Notes under the pieces: model-generated
The model's input: only the letters and a program-made list of their open reading frames with translations
Databases searched by the model: none
What the model was told of the DNA's origin: nothing
Origin: Terriglobia bacterium
GTDB lineage: Bacteria > Acidobacteriota > Terriglobia > 20CM-2-55-15
Length of the DNA: 59,833 bases
Direction: 5' to 3'
NCBI GenBank assembly: GCA_041481485.1
Contig: JBGPBY010000001.1
Coordinates: forward strand, 1 to 59,833
Shown here: positions 15,838 to 23,666 of the stretch, one piece after another
How positions within the stretch are numbered: position 1 is the first letter of the stretch
Layout of the letters: every line of letters starts with the position of its first letter
Made by a program: the position numbers and the translations under genes

Positions 15838-17099
15838 CGTTTTTTCGCCATCCCCTTCCTTCCAATATCTCGACGATAATCTTTGCCCTCGAATTCTATC
15901 ATCTCGCAGGCAGCGTAGGCCCTGTCCAGGGCCTGTGTCAGCGTGGCTGCGCGCGCCGTCACGTTGAGTACTCGTCCTCCGGATGTAAACACACTTCCAT
16001 CTTCCATTCGTGTCCCGGCGTGATAAACCTTCACTCCCTCCTGACGGCCGGCCTTCTCCAGGCCGGTGATGCGCTTGCCGTTTTCAATCTTTCCGGGATA
16101 ACCGCTGGCGACGAGCGCGATAGTTGCCGCCGGTTCCGGATCCCATTCCAGCTTTCGCGAATCCAGTCGATGCTCGGCGATATCAAAGAGCACTTCCAGC
16201 AAATCCGATTTCAGCCGCGGCAGTACGACCTGAGTTTCCGGATCGCCGAAACGCGTGTTGTACTCGATAATTTTTGGACCCGTTGCGGTGATCATCAAAC
16301 CGGCGTACAGGATGCCGGCAAAGTTCACGGCATTCTTAAGTGTCGGCCGAATGATGGCTCGCATCACTTCGTCATGCTGTTCGGGGCTGAGAATGGTATC
16401 GATCGAGTACGCGCCCATTCCACCGGTATTCGGCCCCTTATCGCCATCAAAACGGCGTTTGTGATCCTGCGCCATCACCATCGGCTGAGCCGATTCGCCA
16501 TCGGCAAATACCATGAACGAAACTTCTTCTCCCGTCAGAAACTCCTCAATGACAACCGTGGATCCTGCCGTTCCGAGAGTTCCCGATTCCATGAAATCGC
16601 GAACCGCTGCACGGGCCTGTTCGCGAGTCTCTGCCACGACAACACCTTTTCCTGCTGCGAGTCCATCGGCTTTGACGACCGCTGGATATCGCATCGAGTC
16701 GAGACGCGCATAGGCCTCGGCAGCGCTCTGGCACGGCCAGAAATCGGCGGTGGGAATTTTGTGTTCTCTAAAAAACTGTTTCGCAAAAGACTTGCTCGAT
16801 TCCAGGCGGGCATTGGCGGCGTTCGGCCCCACGATCTTCAATCCGTCCTTCTGAAACAAATCGACAACGCCTAAGCTGAGTGGAACTTCCGGCCCGACGA
16901 ATGTCAGGTCCATTCGCTCGTTACGCGCAAATTCAAAGAGGCCATGAATATCGTCCGCGGCAATTGAAACATTGGTTGCGAGACCCGCCGTGCCGCCGTT
17001 TCCAGGGGCCGCATAGATCTGTTTAACCTGAGGATGCCGGCCAATTGCATCGACAATCGCGTGTTCGCGGCCGCCGGAACCGATGACGAGTATTTTCAT
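15834..17099 (-). CDS. purD: phosphoribosylamine-glycine ligase
   Basis: MKILVIGSGGREHAI from the ATG at 17099. The track ORF extends to 17420, but that part overlaps the larE-like gene. ATP-grasp motifs are present throughout. Confidence 0.9.
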   Translation of the reverse strand: MKILVIGSGGREHAIVDAIGRHPQVKQIYAAPGNGGTAGLATNVSIAADDIHGLFEFARNERMDLTFVGPEVPLSLGVVDLFQKDGLKIVGPNAANARLESSKSFAKQFFREHKIPTADFWPCQSAAEAYARLDSMRYPAVVKADGLAAGKGVVVAETREQARAAVRDFMESGTLGTAGSTVVIEEFLTGEEVSFMVFADGESAQPMVMAQDHKRRFDGDKGPNTGGMGAYSIDTILSPEQHDEVMRAIIRPTLKNAVNFAGILYAGLMITATGPKIIEYNTRFGDPETQVVLPRLKSDLLEVLFDIAEHRLDSRKLEWDPEPAATIALVASGYPGKIENGKRITGLEKAGRQEGVKVYHAGTRMEDGSVFTSGGRVLNVTARAATLTQALDRAYAACEMIEFEGKDYRRDIGRKGMAKKR

Positions 17100-17920
17100 T
17101 GGGAAATCTGAATCTGAGTGAGGACTTCGTTCAGAGCGCCGGTGCGATAGCCATCGACGTCGAGTGAGACAAAGCGAAAGCCGCAAGCCTTGAATTCGCG
17201 GCTGATGCGGTCGAACATCTCCAAATTCAATGCCTTCGGCAATTCGTCGCGTGCGATTTCGATACGGGCAATCTCTCCATGGTGGCGAACGCGGCACTGG
17301 CTGAAACCCAGCCCTCGCAGAATCTCCTCGCCCCGATCGATCATTTTCAATTTCTCGACTGTCACAGGCGAGCCATATGGAATTCGGGACGAAAGGCACG
17401 CCGAGGCCGGTTGATCCCATGTCGGCAAGCCATGCCGGCGCGAAAGTTCGCGGATTTCCGCCTTGCCGAGACCCGCTTCAATCAGCGGGCTGCGGATCTC
17501 CAGTTCATTTCCGGCTTTGCGCCCGGGGCGATAATCGCCGACGTCATCGAGGTTATTGCCGTCGACCACAAATCGAAAACCGCGCTGAGGGGCCATCGCT
17601 TGAAGCCTGGAATAGAGGTCGTGTTTACAGAAGTAGCAGCGATTGGACGGGTTCGCCGTATAGTTGGAATCTTCCATCTCGCCGGAATCGATGAATTCGT
17701 GGCGAAACCTATATTTTTCAATGAGTCCCAGAGCAATTCCCCGCTGATACGAAGGATAGCTCGGACTCACCGCCGTGACCGCCAGCGCATCATTTCCGAG
17801 CTCCCTGCTTGCGATAAAAGCGAGGTATGAGCTATCCACCCCGCCGCTGAATGCGACGATGCAGGACCCCATGCTTCTCAGGAGCTCCGCCAGGTGCTGT
17901 TCTTTTTCCTGTAACATCAT
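17096..17920 (-). CDS. larE: LarE-like PP-loop ATP-dependent sulfur transferase (TIGR00268-type)
   Basis: PP-loop VAFSGGVDSSYLA. CYFCK motif. Conserved Cys in SACLSSRIPYG. The stop overlaps the purD ATG (ATGA). Confidence 0.75.
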   Translation of the reverse strand: MMLQEKEQHLAELLRSMGSCIVAFSGGVDSSYLAFIASRELGNDALAVTAVSPSYPSYQRGIALGLIEKYRFRHEFIDSGEMEDSNYTANPSNRCYFCKHDLYSRLQAMAPQRGFRFVVDGNNLDDVGDYRPGRKAGNELEIRSPLIEAGLGKAEIRELSRRHGLPTWDQPASACLSSRIPYGSPVTVEKLKMIDRGEEILRGLGFSQCRVRHHGEIARIEIARDELPKALNLEMFDRISREFKACGFRFVSLDVDGYRTGALNEVLTQIQISQ

Positions 17921-17972
17921 TCAATTGTACCGCTTGACAAAGCGATGACGAATTCGAAAGATAAGGTTTGGT

Positions 17973-18500
17973 ATGCATGCGACCCTGCTTCTGAATGCAT
18001 CGTACGAGCCACTCCGGATCATCTCCTGGAAGAAAGCCCTCACTCTGTTCTTTGCCGGAAAAGTTGAAGTCATCGAGGAGCACGATCGTGAAATTCATGC
18101 AATCACGTTCGCGATCAAACTTCCATCCATTATCCGGCTTCTGAAATATGTGCGCGTGAAGAATCAGAACAAGGTGAAGTTTTCCCGTGCGAATATTTAC
18201 GCCAGAGACGACTATACTTGTCAGTATTGCGGCAAGAAATTTCCTTCTGAAGATCTGACTTTCGACCATGTGGTGCCCGTGGCGCGCGGCGGTCAGAAAC
18301 GTTGGGACAACATCGTGGCGGCATGTTTCCGCTGCAACCATCGCAAAGGCGGACGCACACCCGAAGAAGCCGGCGTCAAACTGATTCGTCAACCTGCCGA
18401 ACCGCACTGGTTGCCGGCCATTCATGTGACGTTCAAACTGAAGTCTCCGCCGGAGAGTTGGCGGGACTATCTCTACTGGAACATCGAACTCGACATATAA
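17973..18500 (+). CDS. HNH endonuclease family protein
   Basis: CQYCG...DHVVPVARGG...WDNIVAACFRCNHRKG (zinc-binding Cys pairs plus H-N-H). Confidence 0.85.
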   Translation: MHATLLLNASYEPLRIISWKKALTLFFAGKVEVIEEHDREIHAITFAIKLPSIIRLLKYVRVKNQNKVKFSRANIYARDDYTCQYCGKKFPSEDLTFDHVVPVARGGQKRWDNIVAACFRCNHRKGGRTPEEAGVKLIRQPAEPHWLPAIHVTFKLKSPPESWRDYLYWNIELDI

Positions 18501-18503
18501 ACA

Positions 18504-18950
18504 ATGACCCTGCAGGAAAAAATCCAATCGCACATGGCCGATGCTATGCGTGGCAAAGACTCACTTCGGCTCGGCGTGCTGCGTATGATGAAAGCTGCGA
18601 TCAAAAACAAGGAAATCGAGAAGATGAAAAGCCTCGATGAGCCTGAAGCTCTTGCCGTGTTGAACACGCTTGTGAAACAGCGTCGGGATTCGGTGGAGCA
18701 ATTCCGCAATGGTGGGCGTGAAGAATTGGCGCAGAAGGAAGAAGCAGAAATCAAAGTCATTGAAGAGTACCTTCCCGCTGCCGCCAGCGATGCCGATATT
18801 CGAGCGGCAATCGAGTCGGCAATCCAGGAGACAGGTGCCACTTCCATGAAAGACATGGGAAAAGTGATGAAGGTGACTCAGGCTTTGCTGGCCGGCAAGA
18901 CTGCGGAAGGCTCACGCGTGAGCCTGATGGTCAAGGAAAAGCTCGCGTGA
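18504..18950 (+). CDS. GatB/YqeY domain protein
   Basis: MKAAIKNKE...LVKQRRDS...EIKVIEEYLP...MGKVMK is the typical YqeY pattern. Confidence 0.85.
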   Translation: MTLQEKIQSHMADAMRGKDSLRLGVLRMMKAAIKNKEIEKMKSLDEPEALAVLNTLVKQRRDSVEQFRNGGREELAQKEEAEIKVIEEYLPAAASDADIRAAIESAIQETGATSMKDMGKVMKVTQALLAGKTAEGSRVSLMVKEKLA

Positions 18951-19750
18951 ACGATGCCGGTCCCGACGTCCCAATTCGTGATCTGTTCGTATTCGAAACG
19001 CCGCAGGTAAAGCTCCGCGATCTGACTGTCTTCCATACTCCCGACGTCTTTCTGAACGAACTCATCGTTTACTCTCCCGATTCGGACCAGCAGAAAAACC
19101 AGCTTCGGGAATGGGTTGAAAGCCTGATTGGAACCGTGATCTTCGTCATCGCATTCACAACGTTAATCGCACAGGCCACACAAGTTCCGACGCCTTCAAT
19201 GGAGCCAACCATTCATGTCGGCGACCATTTCTTTCTGGATAAGATTGCATTCCCCGGAAATTATCCGGCTCCCATGCGCAAGATCCTGCCACGACGGCAG
19301 GTCGGTCATGGCGACATTATTGCGTTTAAACCGCCAACCGGCGATCCGATTCCTTTTGTGAAGCGCGTTATTGGTGTCAGCGGCGATACGATAGAAATGA
19401 AGAACCGGGAAGTCTACGTGAACGGGCACAAGCTGGATGAACCATACAAGATATATACCGACTACAGTCCGGAATCGAGCCGCGATAACTACGGCCCCAT
19501 GGTCGTCCCGCCGGATAGTTTTTTTGTGATGGGCGACAATCGAGACAACAGCAATGACAGCCGCTACTGGGGATTTGTGGAGCGCAATTCCATCATTGGT
19601 AAGCCGCTCTTTGTGTATTGGTCTTACGAAAGCGATCCCTACAATGGCGGCAGCGTTTCCGTGCGCGAGTGGATCCAGGGATACGCGTCGATCGCCGTTC
19701 ATTTCTTCAGCAGGACACGATGGTTCCGCTTCGGAACCATGATCAAGTGA
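18947..19750 (+). CDS. lepB: signal peptidase I
   Basis: Catalytic Ser box PTPSMEPTI. Lys box FVKRVIGVSGD. GDNRDNSNDSRYWGFV motif. The GTG start overlaps the yqeY stop (GTGA). Confidence 0.85.
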   Translation: MNDAGPDVPIRDLFVFETPQVKLRDLTVFHTPDVFLNELIVYSPDSDQQKNQLREWVESLIGTVIFVIAFTTLIAQATQVPTPSMEPTIHVGDHFFLDKIAFPGNYPAPMRKILPRRQVGHGDIIAFKPPTGDPIPFVKRVIGVSGDTIEMKNREVYVNGHKLDEPYKIYTDYSPESSRDNYGPMVVPPDSFFVMGDNRDNSNDSRYWGFVERNSIIGKPLFVYWSYESDPYNGGSVSVREWIQGYASIAVHFFSRTRWFRFGTMIK

Positions 19751-19763
19751 GGAACCAGAGTAT

Positions 19764-20636
19764 ATGCAGATCCGAAAGGCCGTTTTTCCAGCGGCAGGAT
19801 TAGGAACCCGCTTTCTGCCGGCGACGAAGGCCCAGCCCAAAGAGATGCTGGCTCTCGTCGACAAGCCGCTCATTCAGTATGTCGTCGAGGAAGCGGTTCA
19901 ATCGGGAATTCGGAACATCACCATCATTACCGGACGCGGCAAAAACGCCATTGAGGATCATTTCGATGTGTCCTATGAACTCGAGCAGGTGCTCGAGAAG
20001 CGCGGCAAGAACGAACTGCTTGAAGAGATGAGAACCATTTCCAATATGGTCGGCGTCACCTATGTTCGACAGAAGGAAGCTTTGGGTCTTGGACATGCGG
20101 TTCTGGCATCGCGCGAGTGCGTGGGTGATGAGCCGTTTGCCGTGATGCTGGGTGACGATATCATCGATTCTGAAGTGCCTTGTCTGAAGCAAATGATCGA
20201 CCTGTTTGAAAAACTCCAGTCGTCGATCATCGCGATCTGCCCCGTCCCCATGAGTGATATTTCTTCCTACGGAGTCATTCGAGGGTCGCAGGTTCCAGGC
20301 TTTAATGGCCGCGTCTACCGCCTTCAGGACGTTGTGGAAAAACCGGCGAGGGAAGCCGCACCCTCGAATATGGCCATCATCGGCCGATACATCCTCACTC
20401 CTCAGATTTTTCCACTTCTTGAAAACACAAGATCCGGTTCCGGCGGCGAAATTCAACTGACCGATGCCATCCGTCTTCTGCTCGAGCAGCAGCCCGTTTA
20501 TGCGTACATGATCGACGGCACACGGCATGATGCCGGCGATAAACTGGGTTTTCTGAAAGCAACCGTGGAATTCGCCCTAAAACGCGCGGGCCTGGGAGAC
20601 GAATTTCGAAAATATCTCAAAACGCTCCAGCTTTAA
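19764..20636 (+). CDS. galU: UTP-glucose-1-phosphate uridylyltransferase
   Basis: KAVFPAAGLGTRFLPATKAQPKEMLALVDKPLIQY is the canonical GalU N-terminus. Confidence 0.9.
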   Translation: MQIRKAVFPAAGLGTRFLPATKAQPKEMLALVDKPLIQYVVEEAVQSGIRNITIITGRGKNAIEDHFDVSYELEQVLEKRGKNELLEEMRTISNMVGVTYVRQKEALGLGHAVLASRECVGDEPFAVMLGDDIIDSEVPCLKQMIDLFEKLQSSIIAICPVPMSDISSYGVIRGSQVPGFNGRVYRLQDVVEKPAREAAPSNMAIIGRYILTPQIFPLLENTRSGSGGEIQLTDAIRLLLEQQPVYAYMIDGTRHDAGDKLGFLKATVEFALKRAGLGDEFRKYLKTLQL

Positions 20637-20800
20637 TGGACTCCGGCCCGTAAATGCGGGGCGCCCCGGCTCGTGGAGAACCGAGGCGTCCATGGTGAAA
20701 CTAATATTAGGAAGAAAAATGATTATAGGCTGGACTGAACGAAACCGAACAGTGGTGAATATGATGTGGCTTTAATTGGTGAGAGTGTTGCATTAGCATC

Positions 20801-20829
20801 TTGATCGACTTCGTTGCCGAAACTAATAT
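20801..20829 (+). promoter_or_regulatory. candidate sigma70 promoter for rsmI
   Basis: TTGATC (20801-20806), a 17-nt spacer, then TAATAT (20824-20829), about 40 nt before the ATG at 20869. Confidence 0.35.
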
Positions 20830-20868
20830 TGTAAGGACCACGCAATTTCTGTCAACCGGAATCTCGTC

Positions 20869-21630
20869 ATGAGCGCGTTGATTCTGGTTGCGACACCCAT
20901 CGGAAATCTCGGCGACATCAGTTCCCGCGCACTGGAATCGCTTCGAAATGCAGATGTCATTGCCTGCGAGGACACCCGCTACACATTAAAACTTTTGTCC
21001 CATTTCGGAATTCAAAAACCGCTGATCAGTTACCACGAATTCAATGAACAGGAAAAATCCCACGAAATTGTCGGGATGATCGAGGCCGGCAAAAACGTTG
21101 CGCTGGTGTCGGATGCGGGAACTCCCGCCATCTCCGATCCTGGATATCGCGTCGTACGGCTATGCCGCGAGCGTGGACTCGATGTGATTTCGATTCCCGG
21201 ACCGAATGCCGCGATTGCGGCACTCTCGGCGTCTGGTCTGCCTTCGGATCAATTCATGTTTGTGGGATTCCTGCCGCCGCGTCAATCGGCACGGAAGGAG
21301 TACCTCGCGACACTGAAGAGCTTTACCGGAACATTAATTTTTTATGAGGCGCCGCATCGAATACTGGCCACTATCGACGATATCCGGGAAGTGCTTGGGG
21401 ATCGCGAGGCTTGCATCTGCCGCGAGCTGACCAAAATTCACGAGGAATACCAATATGGAAAACTCTCCGAAGTGAAAGAACGGATCAGGGAGATCGGAGA
21501 GTTTGTGGTCGTGGTGGGGGGATCACGAGATGAAGAGAATCCGGTTCAAGAGGAATGGACTCGCGAGCGGGTTCTGAAGACGCTGGGAATTTCGAGAAAT
21601 CAGCTATATGAGTTGTTTTTCAAAAAGTGA
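20869..21630 (+). CDS. rsmI: 16S rRNA (cytidine1402-2'-O)-methyltransferase
   Basis: LILVATPIGNLGDIS.RALE.L...DVIACEDTR...L is the tetrapyrrole-methylase-fold RsmI pattern. Confidence 0.9.
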   Translation: MSALILVATPIGNLGDISSRALESLRNADVIACEDTRYTLKLLSHFGIQKPLISYHEFNEQEKSHEIVGMIEAGKNVALVSDAGTPAISDPGYRVVRLCRERGLDVISIPGPNAAIAALSASGLPSDQFMFVGFLPPRQSARKEYLATLKSFTGTLIFYEAPHRILATIDDIREVLGDREACICRELTKIHEEYQYGKLSEVKERIREIGEFVVVVGGSRDEENPVQEEWTRERVLKTLGISRNQLYELFFKK

Positions 21631-21650
21631 GTTGTTAAATGGTTATCATC

Positions 21651-21859
21651 TCAGCCGCGTAGCGGCGGCAGTCCGTTAGCCACCGGCGTAAGCCGGTGGA
21701 TTGATAATCCCGGAAACTCAAAGTGCCGTAGGCATATCGATAACTCTGAATGCGTTGAACTCTGGATCTGTCGTGCCTACGGCACTTTTTCTGCTGTTGT
21801 GATTCTTTACCCCCGGCTCACGCCGGGGGCTAAAGGAATGCCGCCGCTCCGCGGCTCGG
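21651..21859. repeat. repeat family B (copy B2, inverted relative to B1)
   Basis: By eye, the reverse complement aligns with B1 over the full length at roughly 85 percent identity. It has the same terminal repeats and the same three hairpins. It lies between the convergent rsmI and blaI-like stops. Confidence 0.85.
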
Positions 21860-21904
21860 ACGAGTTTTCATCAGACAAAGACTCCGACACACGGCTCAGA
21901 AGCC

Positions 21905-22315
21905 TTACAACAAAGTCTCATCCAGAGATGAAGGGCTGGAAACTTCTCGAATCTCTTTCATGACACTTTCACTCTCGGCGCCATTCATGAATTCCATGAA
22001 CTTCTGGCGCGAGCCTTGAAAGAAATGATCAATCATGCCGTTGACGGCGGCATCGCGAACATCGGCGAATTCGACAGCAGGCTCATAAAAATGTGTCCGG
22101 GAGTGCAGAGAGCGCCTGAGGAATCCTTTCAGGTATAACCGATGCATGATCGTCATCACGGTGGTATACGCCAGCGCCCGGGAATCATGAATTGCGCTTT
22201 GGACATCCTTGACGGTAATGGGACAGCGCTGCCATATCGGCTTCATGATGTCGAGTTCGAGCGGAGTCAGGCCCAGAGAGTTATTCCGGCTCCGAACTGG
22301 TTTTTCGATCTTCAA
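21905..22315 (-). CDS. BlaI/MecI/CopY family transcriptional repressor
   Basis: Winged-helix N-terminus LTPLELDIMKPIW....TVKDVQ....... LAYTTVMTIMHRLYLKGFL.R. Confidence 0.8.
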   Translation of the reverse strand: MKIEKPVRSRNNSLGLTPLELDIMKPIWQRCPITVKDVQSAIHDSRALAYTTVMTIMHRLYLKGFLRRSLHSRTHFYEPAVEFADVRDAAVNGMIDHFFQGSRQKFMEFMNGAESESVMKEIREVSSPSSLDETLL

Positions 22316-22553
22316 GGATTTCGACTATCTCCTTTGCGCTATCCTTTGCGGGTGCATGCGGGGGAATTGAACGAACACGCACTTTCATCCATCGGCGAGG
22401 AAAATCAATGTCAATGGTGTCGCCGACCCGGACTTCCCTGCCCGCTTTGGATGCGCTGGCATTCACGGATACCCGTCCGGCGTCGCACATTTCCCTGGCG
22501 AGCGTCCGGCGCGGGATAATCCGACTCCACTTTAGAAACAAATCGAGACGCAT
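22281..22553 (-). CDS. S4-domain RNA-binding protein (Hsp15-like small protein)
   Basis: [32 protein letters not shown]-like S4 motif. 90 aa. Its 3' end overlaps the blaI-like start by 35 nt. Confidence 0.7.
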   Translation of the reverse strand: [90 protein letters not shown]

Positions 22554-22583
22554 CAGGTCCAGTTTTTGAGTTGAAGCGGAAAT

Positions 22584-23639
22584 TCAGTTCCTCGGAAGTG
22601 CGGTATCGGAGGCGCGAACAGGACCCGTCGCAGCGCCGGTATCGGTGAATCCGTTGGCGACCTCCACAAAACCTTCCGCACGAAGTTTGGTGAGATATGC
22701 GCGGACCCGCGGCTCCGCCCGCTCGTCCATCAACTGGCCAAATATTTCGTTTTGCGCGAGTTCAAATGGAAGGATTCCGCCGTTATGACGCTCGAAAATC
22801 TTCAGAATCACCAGCGTGTGATTCACGGGATTCGTCAGGATATCGGTAATCTGCCCTTTGGCCAGTTTGCCTGCGGACTCTTCCATTTCGGGTGTCGCCA
22901 AACCGTAGGTGCCGTCATCATTTTTTTGAATAAAGCCAAGGTCTCCACCGGCCGACGCCGTTTGGTCTTCGGAATACTTACGGGCAATTTCTACGAAATC
23001 TTCACCCTTCTTCAGCTTATCCTGGACTTCAGCCATCGTCTTTTTCTTCGCCTCGGCTTCCTCATCCGACAAGCCCTCGATCGATACCGCGATGATGCCC
23101 AGCGCAACTCCGGGCGGTTTGTCGAAGTCCTGTTTGTGCGCTTCGTAGTAGGCCTTCATTTCCTCAGTGGTGATGACAATCTTTCCTGTCACTTCGCGCC
23201 GCATTACCTGCGATCGGAGACTTTTGTATCGAAGCTGTTCTTTCACTTCGTCAATGGACGTTCCTTGCTGCGCCATGGCCGCGGCAAGCGCTTCTTCGGT
23301 AGGAAAGTTGTATTGAATGCGCAATTGATCAATTTGCTTAATGACTTCGAGGTTGGCATCCAGTCCCAAATCGCTGGCTTGCTGGAGGATCAGCTCCTTA
23401 TCGATCAGGTCACGCAAAATGTGCGGAGATCGTTCATCGAATATCTGCTGTTGCTGTTGCTTGGTGAGTTTCGGATCCTGGGCCAGGTCCGATTTCAGTT
23501 CTTCCACTGCTTTTCGAACTTCGGATTCAAGAATGATGGCTTTGTTCACCTTGGCCGCAATCTGCGAAATGACTTTCTGCGAAAGCGCGGGACTCGCCAA
23601 AGTGATGGCCGCAAGAACGGCGGCGGCGATTTTTCTCAT
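22584..23639 (-). CDS. SurA/PrsA-like peptidyl-prolyl isomerase (parvulin domain), secreted
   Basis: The ATG at 23639 follows AGGAG (ORF open to 23657). Signal peptide MRKIAAAVLAAITLASPALSQ. Parvulin segment ARKYSEDQTASAGGDLGFI. Confidence 0.8.
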   Translation of the reverse strand: MRKIAAAVLAAITLASPALSQKVISQIAAKVNKAIILESEVRKAVEELKSDLAQDPKLTKQQQQQIFDERSPHILRDLIDKELILQQASDLGLDANLEVIKQIDQLRIQYNFPTEEALAAAMAQQGTSIDEVKEQLRYKSLRSQVMRREVTGKIVITTEEMKAYYEAHKQDFDKPPGVALGIIAVSIEGLSDEEAEAKKKTMAEVQDKLKKGEDFVEIARKYSEDQTASAGGDLGFIQKNDDGTYGLATPEMEESAGKLAKGQITDILTNPVNHTLVILKIFERHNGGILPFELAQNEIFGQLMDERAEPRVRAYLTKLRAEGFVEVANGFTDTGAATGPVRASDTALPRN

Positions 23640-23666
23640 GAATTCTCCTGTTTTCATATTAGAACC

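Noticed and set aside
14998-16874. Long + strand ORFs (14998-15879, 16020-16874) across mtaB, purE and purD
   Set aside because: They are antisense to three strongly supported genes. The translations are Arg/His/Cys-rich and low in information.
17100-17420. N-terminal extensions of track ORFs (purD to 17420, pgeF to 10857, argB from 32175, rfbC from 39972, S41 homolog from 42031, argH to 36968)
   Set aside because: The extensions overlap well-supported neighbouring genes and lack homology-like sequence. Internal starts reproduce canonical N-termini (MKILVIGSGGREH, MKLWKGRF, and so on) and often carry a Shine-Dalgarno sequence or an ATGA/GTGA junction.
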